From Gordius albopunctatus (lineage: Eukaryota): 64,000 bases of DNA. Positions 52,856 through 64,000 of this stretch are shown piece by piece; position 1 is the stretch's first letter, and each line of letters opens with the position of its first letter. Under the pieces are notes generated by a model. The model was not told where the DNA came from, made no database searches, and saw only the letters and a list, made by a program, of their open reading frames with translations. The translations under genes were made by a program, and so were the position numbers. Location of the stretch: assembly GCA_964276515.1 (NCBI GenBank), contig OZ193909.1, positions 13,082,001 through 13,146,000 on the forward strand, in the 5' to 3' direction.

Positions 52856-53491
52856 CTACATATATATCAAAAGCGTAACCTTAATTACCAAAGGTATACA
52901 TTTAAATATTGAGATTTGCTCAAGAAAATTAAAGTAAGCACAGCATCATATCTCACTGATCTCAGCCTGTCTGGAGCTGACATGATACAAACTAGCAAAA
53001 ATTTAAATAAAAATATATTTTATTATTAAAAAGCGGAAAAATATGATTAAATTTTATCCATAAATGTGTAACATGATATTTTTATTTAACGTATTGGCTT
53101 ACATATTACTGAATAATTCATAAACCAGCTGGAGCCCTACCCGCATCAAACTGACCATTTAAAAAATATGATTTAAAGAAACCTTTTATAAAAAATAGAT
53201 ATTCTCGAAGGTGTATAATTTAGTTTCCAAGCTCCAGGACCTCGCTCCTGTCTACAATAATATTTTAATCAAAATTGCAATTTCATTAAATATAAAGCCA
53301 TAGTAGCTATTCGAATTCTAAAAATAAAAAAGTAAATTTTTTAAAAAGCTCATTTACATTAAACTGTTAAATAATTTTTTTTACAAAATAGATTAGTGGG
53401 TTAATATTATTAGTTAATGAAATGTGAATTCTCTGTTTCGAACGCATCCTTGTTTCAAATTACGAATAATCACAATTAAATTTATTTTATA

Positions 53492-55668
53492 CTAGCTGAC
53501 CCAGCAAACGTTGTTTTGCTATATACATTATTTCTAGAAAATACTATAGGCGATGTGCATGCTCATCCTTATGCCTCGATCATATAATGAGATAATGAGC
53601 GATTAAAATATAATTGTCCTATGGGAAATAATTTACTAATTTAATGTAGGAAGAATTATTAACACGCTAAATGTAAACACAAAAAGCAAAGTACTTAACA
53701 TCAAATTTTTTATTGCTTTGCTTTACACATTTTGCCATATAAATATACTGTCAAATAAATTAATACATGCCTAAAGAATTATTTAATTTGTAAATTGCCA
53801 CAGGTTTATTTTTTTATTAAAGGTGTAAAAAACTTTTTTTGCCCCTACCGCAAAATCACGATTCTGGCAAATGGCCGTTTTCGGACTTCAATCAAAACCC
53901 CAACACCCCCCCTTGAAAATCTGTTTTATTTTTGCGCCTGAACATATTTTAGCGCGTCCAGCTTTTCACTTATTTCGGCAAACTACAATTCAGCTCCCAT
54001 CTGCTTACAAACTTTAGGTATATCATTGGCCGCCAACTGAGCTTTATTGCAATAGAGTCTCATTGTTATCATGTTTAGCTGATATATTGTGTAGTTTAAG
54101 CCAACAGGTACCATTATAGACGTAGCCCGACCCTCTACCCTCAATTTGCCCTCCGTTAATTTTTACTATTGCTTAAATTGTATAGGAAATCAATGTTCCT
54201 ATACGAAGAAGAGCCTAATAAGGCCACACAAAGACAGCAAGTGGATGGGGTTTAAGGGGCAGAGCCCCTTGAGTAAGATTTAGAGGGGCAGCCCCAACCG
54301 GGGTACAGGGGTGAAGCCCTTTGTTTGAATCTTCTTCTTCTTTATCAGTTATTTGGTCCCACGGTCGTGGGGTTTATTTTGATAAGTTTCTTGCATCTTG
54401 ACCGGGTGAGTGCCATGTCTTGACTACTCTTTCGTTTTCATAACTTTATCGCGTTGCCCGTTCCATGTGACACGGGGTCGTCCTCTTACTCTCTTGTCCG
54501 GCACCTCTATGTCGAGTACTTTTCGATTTAGATCATTTGTGTCCCCCTTAGTATATGTTCATACCACTTTAACCGATTTTCGTCAATCATGTCCGCCATA
54601 GGTTGAATATTCATTTTTGTCATGAGAAAGTCATTCGTCATATGGTCAAGCTTAATTTACGCCACCCTTCCCTGGTGTTTATTGCGGATGCTTAATAATC
54701 AATTTTTAATTCCTTAAATAATTTATTATCATAATGTCAAGTTCGATAAAAAATAAGGTTTTTTTAGTCTCACTTTGTTGTTCACATGTATTCCATCTTT
54801 ATTTAGTTATTTTAATAACCCACAGTCCAGGTTTAATATGATCCATAAAATGACCACTGTCTTACGTTAATTTGTATGAGTAGTACGGCCCCAGACGAAA
54901 AGCAATTTTTATTTTTGCCCCGAATCGAGCCCGGAGCAACATCATTAATCTCGCTTATTTCCGAAACATGCGAATATTCGCTAACTTCCTAAGCAAATCC
55001 TCCTTTTTGTTTAAAATATTCCTAGATATACAACATTAAAAACTGAGATATTATGAGGGGTCGTAAAAAATCATTGCCCACAAACCTTACTTTGGTCAAT
55101 AAGCTATCAGTGTACTCAGATAATTCATAAAAACTTAAAGCAACCGGTAGGAGTTAGGGGCGGAGTCCTTCTTAGAGGTCCGAAGAACTGAGATATATCA
55201 ACATTTATTGGCACTTTGTTAAAAGTATTTTCATTTTTCTCCTTATTTAACGCGCAAAAATGACAAAATTAGATTTTTTAATTTATTTAGCCACGCAGGA
55301 GGGGACACGACCGTCCTATAATAATAATTGACGTGAAAAATAAGCAAAAAAATGACTTTGATATTTAATGTTTCAAATCGTAAAAAGTTTCCATTTTCCG
55401 CAACACATGCCTACTGCATTTATCACACTACCTACACCATAGATACGCAGTATATGTCATGAGGTGGCGTTTGAGTGACATTTAAGTAAACGTCAAAACG
55501 TCTAAAACTAAATAACATGATTGTCTTATGACTTAGAAATTTGGAATATAGTCAAAAACCTAGGCTCAGACCTACCAAGCATTCGCAGAAATTTCCATCT
55601 AAATCGGTCCAGCCGTTTCGGAGGAGTTTAACCACCCACACCGTGACACGTGAATTTTATATATTAGA
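53492..55668 (-). mobile_element. Non-autonomous Helitron without the Gypsy insertion
   Basis: Same TC/hairpin/CTAG termini; single AGCC at the empty site. Confidence 0.87.
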
Positions 55669-56540
55669 TGATAAAATAATTTTCAAATGTAAAATTTGCC
55701 CAAAAAGTTTTTATTTAAGAAATCGGGCCGAGGCTGGGTTGGGCCAAAATAAAGCATTCGGGCTTGGGCCGAATAAATTCCATTTTCCATGGCTCTAGCC
55801 ATAATAAATACCTTTTAAATATTATTATTATTTATGGTCAAACTACGGTTTTGTCATAATAAGGCTTATTGCTCCTTTCAATTTAACGTTTCTCGTTTAT
55901 AGGAATTATTTTAAAATTACCGTCTCAAAGCAGTGCATTCCATTTTTAAAAGCTTTAATCGCAATAAATCAAAATTATTCTTATCCCCAACTTTCTTACA
56001 TACCAAACAATTGCCAATTAAATTATTTTATACCGTTCAATTTTAAAGCCATCTGTTTACGTTGAGTTTTAACTAATTAATAATCCTATATTCATTACTA
56101 TATACACCATGATTTTTGTCAAAAGATGTTTATGGCAATATAAATAAGGTTTTCTTTCAGAGAGATCTATCCCCCGTATAAACATTTGATCGCTGTTTTT
56201 AACTTTCGTTAAATGGTTTTGTTCATAATCCCTTCCCAGAAGATAGCTGAAGTTTACAAAATTTCCAGCTAAAATACTTATAAAATTGAGCGTGGTCTTG
56301 AATAATCCAATAAAAAAAACAATATAAACCACGACAACTTCAGTGCTTGAAGGGCCATGATCCCCTGTCAGCGATTACAATTTTATCAAATAATTTGGAA
56401 ACCCTTTGGGTGTTTTTTACGAAAACGCCAAACGCCAAAGCCCTCCCAAGAAAATTCACCTAACACTGATAGGGTTGGGTGAAAAAAAACGCCAACGCTT
56501 GCAGGCGACCAATAGAAACCCTTGGTTTTTTACAACACTA

Positions 56541-57330
56541 GTATATACCATACATACTTTTTATCGCAATCACATGCTTCCTGTGATATATGCATTATTG
56601 CCTAATAAAACGTATGCGACCTACTTTATGCTGTTTAGCAAATTGAAGGAAATATGTTCTGAATTTGGTTTGGTTTTAAACCCGGATTATGTCCAAGTAG
56701 ACTATGAAATTGCCAGTATGCAAGCCTTACGCCGATGCTTTCCTGGTGTGACCGTTAAAGGTATTTATCTTTTATAAAATACTAATCTAATTTAGGTTGC
56801 CTTTTCCATTATTCGCAAGCCATTTTTAGGAGGCTTGGGAGTGATGGGATTCGACCTATTTACGACCGCGATCCATATTTCAGAACTTTAGTAAGAAGGA
56901 CATTAGCACTTCCATTCTTGCGTATTAATGATATGAGGGCCGTTTTTGACCTCATTAGCAAAGATCCTATAGTGACGTTTTTTAAGTATGTTGAATCAAC
57001 TTGGGTCGGATCCTCTGCTAATTTTGATCATTCGATATGGAAGAGGGTTGATACTGACGGGCCTAGGACAAACAATCATCTTGAAGGCTACCACAACAGC
57101 CTGAAAATTCTTGTAGGCCAGGCTCATCCGATAATATATGATTTTATACATTCTTTAATTCATGTTCAATCTAAATGCGAATCAAACAAGGAAAGCAAGT
57201 CTTTCTTATAAATAGAAAATATGATATAAATTCGAATATAAATCGCTTGCGGCATTTATACCTCCATAATGATATCGAATTATTGGAATATCTAGATGAA
57301 ATATCGATTTACAATCTCATGACGCACCAC
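56541..57330 (+). pseudogene. MULE transposase, 5'-truncated; 35-bp intron 56761-56795
   Basis: YTIH...LPVIYALLPNKTYATY...VDYEIASMQAL...FPG|GCLFH...RTNNHLE. Confidence 0.87.
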
Positions 57331-59240
57331 CCGCATGTCAATAAATATATTTGTTATATGATTTCATTAAGATTTGTTTTTGGCACTTTATATCCCCTTT
57401 TAAAATATTAAATAGCTCATATTTAAATTATTCGATATAGAAGCTTTTATAACTGTAAATTAAAAGCATTAGACAAAATGTAATTATTAAGAAGTCTCAA
57501 TACAAGTAGATTATTTTTATTTAAGAAACATGAATTTAATTACAATAGTCAATAAATAATGGGCTCGTGTAACTATCAGAATTTCGGTCCTTTTAGACAA
57601 CTATATTGATAAAATAAAACGATAAAATGGATAAAATAAAACGATAGAGTTATAATAATTTTTGCGGTTTTTTGGCTCCTATTTCCTTCCAGGATGAGTA
57701 TTATCTTTCCTAAATATATTTTTCGGGATCTTCTAGGTCTCGACCAACCTAAAAATAGATTTTGAGTTGGAGTTCCGGAAGTCGGCCATGTTTTTAGCTA
57801 ATGTAATTATTGTCGAATTTTTGGTCGTAAGAAGCTTTTTTCCGGTTTGAATTCATGTCAAAAAAATTCGAACGAGACGTAGAAATGTTGCTCGAGGTCA
57901 GGTTCATCAAATAAAGCAGGGAGATCGAGGTATCTATCTAGTTCGGCCAAAATATACGCCATTTTGTTATAAATTTTTGAGTCAATTTTCGAGTTGGCGC
58001 GCTTTAGAAGCCATTTTCGAGATCCAAACCTCAGTCATTTTAAACCATTTTTTTCTAATTTATAGTTCAAACCTCATGCTACCTAAATATAATAATTTTT
58101 TGACATATAGATTGATTTTAAATATCTAAATCGCCGTTTTAATCTCCTTTACCCTTAAAAAACGCGGAAATTTCGACTTTAAAAGTTAATAAAACCAAAA
58201 GTTGTTGACCAAAACTCTTAATTTTTACTTTAAAATGTCGGGCAGGTTGAGGACTAAGTTTTAGGAGTTTTTGGGCCTCCGATAGTCACGGCCAAAAATA
58301 TAGGCACGAATAAAGCCGCTAAAACTGTACGCAAAAACTCGTAGTCATTTGTGTACATTTTTATCCATACTATATATTTCCATATATTTTTGTGAATTGT
58401 TTTAGGATATACGTTGTAAAACAATAATTTGGCATCCTTAGACCGACTAAAGTTCGTAACAAACGATATTCATAATTATCCACCATCTTGGAAAGCTTTA
58501 AATCGTACTTTCGGTCATTCGTCATATTAGAATTTTGGCGCAAAACTCATTAAAATGGCGTTTTAACACTAAAAAATTATGAAAAATATTCCTTGTGGTA
58601 ACTTTTCTGACGCCTCCGACTATAAGTTTTGCCTCTGGTCAACTCAATTTTAGTCAAATATATCACTGATTCCACCGTCAACTTAACATAAAACTTATAT
58701 TTTAACTAAAAGTATTCAACCAAACCCTCATCAACTGAGCTTAAATTACAAAATACCATCGCAAACTTGATAATATTCCATGTGCTAACTTTTCTGACGC
58801 CTTCGACTTTAAGTTTTGCCTCTCATCAACTTAATTTTAATTAAATATATCATTAATCCCATCAAAACTTGAATTTTAGTGAAAGTAATCAATCAAACCA
58901 CCGTCAACTTAGCTTAAATTTTAAATGTAACCTCTCGTCAACTTAATTTAACCTAAAATTATAATTACATTAAGAATTTATCCTCTGGTCAACTCACTAA
59001 AAAGTTAAATTATTAGGTATCAATCCTCTCGTCAACTCAACTCAAACTAAAATATTAAATTCAGATTTCTCATCGTAAACTTACGATTTAAACCTATTAA
59101 ATCCTTTAAATAAGCAGTTAATAACTCAAAGCTTCAATTACATTTTTTATAATGTATTTAATCCTATGCTACAATAATCTATACCACAACATCTTATATA
59201 AATTCTTAAGGTATTCTGTTAACACACTTTGTATTTAAAC

Positions 59241-60209
59241 CAGGCGCGTAGCCAGGATTTTCTCAAGGGGCCAGAAAGATTCAAAAAAATTTCCGACACT
59301 TTTATTTTTAATATAACAAAAATAAACTTCGCGTACAATAGGACAAGGGCTTTCAACTTTTGATCCCCTTTACCACCATACCTTGGTCCAAAGAACACAC
59401 AAAATTTACAATAAGCACCATTTTCTCGGGGAGAATAGGAGAGCCAGCTCCATTTATGAAACCAAGAGAAATTAAATTTCAGCTTTTTAGCTGTTTCATC
59501 ACGAGGGAAATTGAATAAAAGTGGTGGTTGATAAATTTTATCAAATTCTGCCAACTTATCTTCATAATGTTGTATGGAGTTAACATACAAAGATATGTCA
59601 TACGGCTGTTTTACAAATTTTAATTAACTCTAAAAATAAACTAAAAAAGATAAAATTATACATATACATATACCATTTGACTTTAGAATAGTTGAGGCAT
59701 TTTCATCAATATTATTGTTTAAGGCAATAGGTGTAAGTGTTTCAATTGATATTGAATCTTCTTCTTGTTCTTCATCATCTAGAAATTTTTAAAATTGGCA
59801 ATACAATGTAATCACAATAAAAATTAATATATATAAGAGATCAATACTATATAAACATAAAATAAAAGCCTAAGTCACTTACTAGAAATACCAGGGTTTG
59901 GTATTTTAAGGGGGAAAAATTTTTGTATAGAATTCTTCATAATTTACAACTCTTCGCGGCAATCATACATACATACAATTTACAATCAACGGTGGAAAAT
60001 TATAATGTTGGGTGCAAGTCGAAAATTAAATTCTAAAAATTGAATGTATATATTATGTTTACAGACTTTTATAAGTCTCTCAAAATCTTTTTTGCAACTA
60101 AACTATAATATTTCATCCCATTGAATCTAATTATTAAACAAAAAAATTTTCAAATTTAGGTCAAGGGGCCAGAAACGTCCCACTTTCTGGCCCCTTGGCT
60201 ACGCGCCTG
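59241..60209 (-). mobile_element. TTF-type hAT derivative (copy 3, perfect TIR)
   Basis: CAGGCGCGTAGCCA / TGGCTACGCGCCTG; TSD ATTTAAAC. Confidence 0.9.
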
Positions 60210-60877
60210 ATTTAAACCTATTAAATCCTTCATATTAAAAATTGGTAATAACTAAAAATTCATAACATTTAATCCTATACTACAATATTCTACGCTATAA
60301 CAACTAAAATAAACTCTTACGGTATTCTGTTAATACACTTTGTATTTAAACCTATTAAATCCTTAAAATTAGCAGTTAATAACTCAACACTTCAAGTTAT
60401 TAGATTTTATATAATGTATTTAATCCTATGCTACAATAATCTACGCTCTAACATCCAATATAAACTTTTTAGGTATTCTGCTAAAATATTTTATATTCAA
60501 GCCTATTAAATTCTTCATATATAAAACTGGCAATTAGTAATAAATTCATATTATTAGATTTTATATGGCAGTTTAACCTTAATCGTATAAAACAATTTAT
60601 TTATTTTTATATACCTATGTTACAATACGTTAAGTTAGAACGTTTAATATAATCCTTTTTAGTATCATGTCAATGTATATAATACTTCATTTAATTTATC
60701 TATATTTACATATACCTATTATTTGGTATAAACTATTCATTTAATCTATATTTTATACAATATATTATGTGTGTAGTTTTTCTTTTTCAACCATATGATA
60801 CATCATCATACATGTCATACATTTAACTTTTATTTTGTCTCATTGAATTTTGGGCCCGATTCCTCGAATTCAATTAA

Positions 60878-62190
60878 ATGTGTTTTATTATTTTTTATCA
60901 CAACCCCTTATCAACGAAAAATGAATTCAAATTAATTTTCGCTCATAACAGAGACGAGTATTTTGATAGGCCTTCACAATCTGCATCATTTTTGCAAAAT
61001 AATTCCGAGATAATATGTGGTAATTCTATAATTTATCAAGAATCTTAAAACGGAAAAATTATTATTTAATCCATACTCTAAAAATCAGAAAAAAATGCTA
61101 TGTAATGATTCGAATTTTTATGTATTAAGGTAAAAATACATATTTTGTGAGGATTACTAAGATAAATTATTAAGTTTTAGATTAGAATGATTAATAAAGT
61201 CATATGGACAAATGGATTAATTTTTATCAAATATTTAATGTATTTTTTATATAATTTAAATAAAATTTAATTTCTAAAGGAATGGATTTGACCGAAAATG
61301 GAACATGGTTGGGAATTTGTAAAAAGACTGGTTGTTTAGCCACAGTGCTTAATATACCAAACATAAGGGGAGATTGTGATTTGAACTTAGAGAACACTAA
61401 GAGTCGGGGTTCATTATGTCTTGATTTTTTGGAAGATTCTAATTATTCCAATCGCCTATGTGATTTCAAAAATACTGTGAAAAAATATAGAAATTTAAGA
61501 TTCACCCTATTACTCTTCAAAGATATCATTCAATATCCTCATATTTATTATTATAATAACTTACGCCGCGAAGAATTGTATAAACTAAATCCCGGCATAT
61601 ATGCCTTTGGTAACTCAAAAGTTCCAGAGTCATCATTAAATACAGATACAGATAATATGGTAACAACTGCAAGTTGTGTTGAGCTTCCTCGATTGAAAAA
61701 ATTGGCAAAGGGTAAAGAAATATTTGCAAAGATTTTAGATGATTATAAAACTACTAATCTTACAATTGAGCAGTTATCTTCCCGTCTAATAAATGAATTA
61801 TTACGTGATAAAACAAAGTAAACTTTTTCTATAATTTTAATAACATAAAATTTATTTAGCAAATATACATCCATGTTTTTTGCAACTCTCAAATTTAGAA
61901 ATTCACCAGACCCTTCATACGAATCAGAATGCATAGATTATGGTTTTGGTAGTGAAGAATTGTACCAAAAATCATCAATATTTGTTGAACCATTCAAACT
62001 TTCTTCAAAACCCAGGGCCTCACAAAAGAATCGTTGGTATGGGACCCGATGTATGAGTGTTATACTAGTTGATAGCAATAATGAAGTAACATTTACAGAA
62101 TCATGTTTGGATATACCAAAAGACATTAATACCCTTACAGTTGTGCCTGACAAGTGGACAACAACCAAACATTCTTTTAAATTGGGATAA
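60878..62190 (+). CDS. TANGO2: TANGO2/NRDE-family protein, copy 3, canonical Met-Cys start; exons 60878-61019, 61280-61817, 61899-62190
   Basis: MCFIIFYHNP...FAHNRDEYFDRP...GMDLTENGTWLG...YGTR. Confidence 0.92.
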
Positions 62191-62685
62191 TTTAATACTT
62201 TTAATTTTGTATTCTACTAAATCTATATTTTATTTCACTTTTTATAATTCTGAAGCAATAGGTTTATTTATTACAAAATGTCTTCTATTCTGTATGATAT
62301 AGAATGGACTATAGTTTTAAAGGTCAAAATTTAGCCTATTTTGATCCACAATTCAATAATTTCATAAGATATTCTAAGTTTTATAAATATCTTATGGCTG
62401 CCAATGTGTCTACTGCCCAATATATAATTTGTTTTACAATCTATATGATATTTACCTTTAAATATGCACATCATGTTGGTATAACTATATTAGTGGTGAT
62501 ATAAATGACCGAATGGTTAAAACTAACCCATCCTATTTTGGTAATAAAGTTTTAAAAGTATAAAAAAAGGTGTGAGTGCGCCAGTTATGCCAAATAAGGG
62601 GCTTAAAATTGCCCATGAGTGAGTGACTTAACGTCGATTAACATCATAACAAAATTCGAAATAGGAGGGGGGATGATAACATAGG

Positions 62686-63545
62686 TTAAGAAGTATGAAG
62701 AGGGTCAATTAATTTGCTATTTAGGCGTTCTCTAAGTTTTCGTTCTTGTTCGGATTGTTGCATCCACAGGCGGTAGTAGTAATTATTTGCGGTCCCCCCA
62801 GACCCCAAGAGAGAGTAATGCGTACCCCGTTCAACTATACCACCCTGACCCATCACTAATATTTGGTCGGCATCCATTACAGTTGTCAACCTATGTGCTA
62901 TGACGATGGAAGTCCTATTCATGGTAGCCTTGCTTAAAGAATCCTGTATGTTCTAAGGTTAAATAGATTGCTAATTTTGGTTAAGCCTATAGTAAGTTTG
63001 GCATTATATTATTGCGTTGCCCGCCATGGAATAAGTTATATATCTTAGCATGTAAAGTAAAGTAGTCTCACTTTTAACTAAAAATAGGCAAATATTTTAG
63101 GTGTCAACTTGCGACGTTAAAATAGACATTATTTATACGACGCCAAGTAGTTTATTAATCTAGTAAGGGAATGTGACATAGCTCAATAACACCTTACCTA
63201 AAATTAACTATATTACTAAAGTGAACTTTAACATACAATTAAACTATAAAAATTATCGAATCTTAAACATGCATAATGCAATCTATAAAGTGTTTATAAC
63301 AAAATTGAAATGACACTCAAAAAGTATTTACTTCATTTGATGAGTCATCTTTAAACTAAAATTCAATTTGTTAAATTGTCTCAAGCAAATTACTTGGCCT
63401 AAATAAAATATGGAAAGATAGCACTATAAAAAGATTCTAACCTTTTCGGTTATGGCATCTAATGATGAAGTCGCCTCGTCGAACAAAAAGATGGATGGAT
63501 TCTTTAAAATCACCCTCGCTATGGCTATCCTCTGCTTTTCACCAC
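62686..63545 (-). CDS. ABCB7: ABCB7/ATM1-like transporter, last two exons (63545-63442, 62952-62686); the rest may lie beyond the window
   Basis: Walker B/D-loop [11 protein letters not shown] and H-loop [13 protein letters not shown] fits ABCB7 better than ABCB6. Confidence 0.8.
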
Positions 63546-64000
63546 CTACATATATATCAAAAGCGTAACCTTAATTACCAAAGGTATACATTTAAATATT
63601 GAGATTTGCTCAAGAAAATTAAAGTAAGCACAGCATCATATCTCACTGATCTCAGCCTGTCTGGAGCTGACATGATACAAACTAGCAAAAATTTAAATAA
63701 AAATATATTTTATTATTAAAAAGCGGAAAAATATGATTAAATTTTATCCATAAATGTGTAACATGATATTTTTATTTAACGTATTGGCTTACATATTACT
63801 GAATAATTCATAAACCAGCTGGAGCCCTACCCGCATCAAACTGACCATTTAAAAAATATGATTTAAAGAAACCTTTTATAAAAAATAGATATTCTCGAAG
63901 GTGTATAATTTAGTTTCCAAGCTCCAGGACCTCGCTCCTGTCTACAATAATATTTTAATCAAAATTGCAATTTCATTAAATATAAAGCCATAGTAGCTAT

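Larger units (their letters stand above)
38024..56104 (+). repeat. Segmental duplication, copy 2
   Basis: Contains the same hAT, TTF-hAT, TANGO2, ABCB7 exons and Helitron as copy 1; 46141-53310 matches 56740-64000. Confidence 0.93.
56740..64000 (+). repeat. Segmental duplication, copy 3 (runs off the window; probably the ancestral locus)
   Basis: Matches 46141-53310; keeps ancestral states (TANGO2 Cys2, undamaged hAT TIR). Confidence 0.93.

Noticed and set aside
24503..56104. Giant Pack-MULE bounded by an 11-bp TSD
   Set aside because: No TIRs next to the 11-mers and the motif recurs at the internal junction; microhomology fits better

Overview
AT-rich, transposon-dense eukaryotic (most likely invertebrate animal) genomic DNA with spliceosomal introns; nothing prokaryotic and no CRISPR. 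Left part (1-24.5 kb): a two-exon rhodopsin-class peptide GPCR (FMRFamide/sex-peptide/myosuppressin-receptor-like; 10972-11228 + 21468-23277) whose 10.2-kb intron and flanks hold hAT MITEs with 8-bp TSDs, a Helitron, Helentron/HINE-like repeats and RTE LINE scraps. Right part (24.5-64 kb): a three-copy tandem segmental amplification carrying a 3-exon TANGO2 (NRDE-family) gene tail-to-tail with the last two exons of an ABCB7/ATM1-like transporter. Copy 3 keeps the canonical Met-Cys N-terminus. Copies 1 and 2 have open reading frames but a Cys2Gly change plus a shared 108-bp upstream deletion, and copy 2 looks mosaic (5' like copy 1, 3' like copy 3). Copy 1 also carries a very young, near-intact CsRn1-clade Ty3/Gypsy element nested in a Helitron, with the empty site visible in copy 2. 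All comparisons were made by eye, and an assembly or haplotype artefact cannot be excluded.
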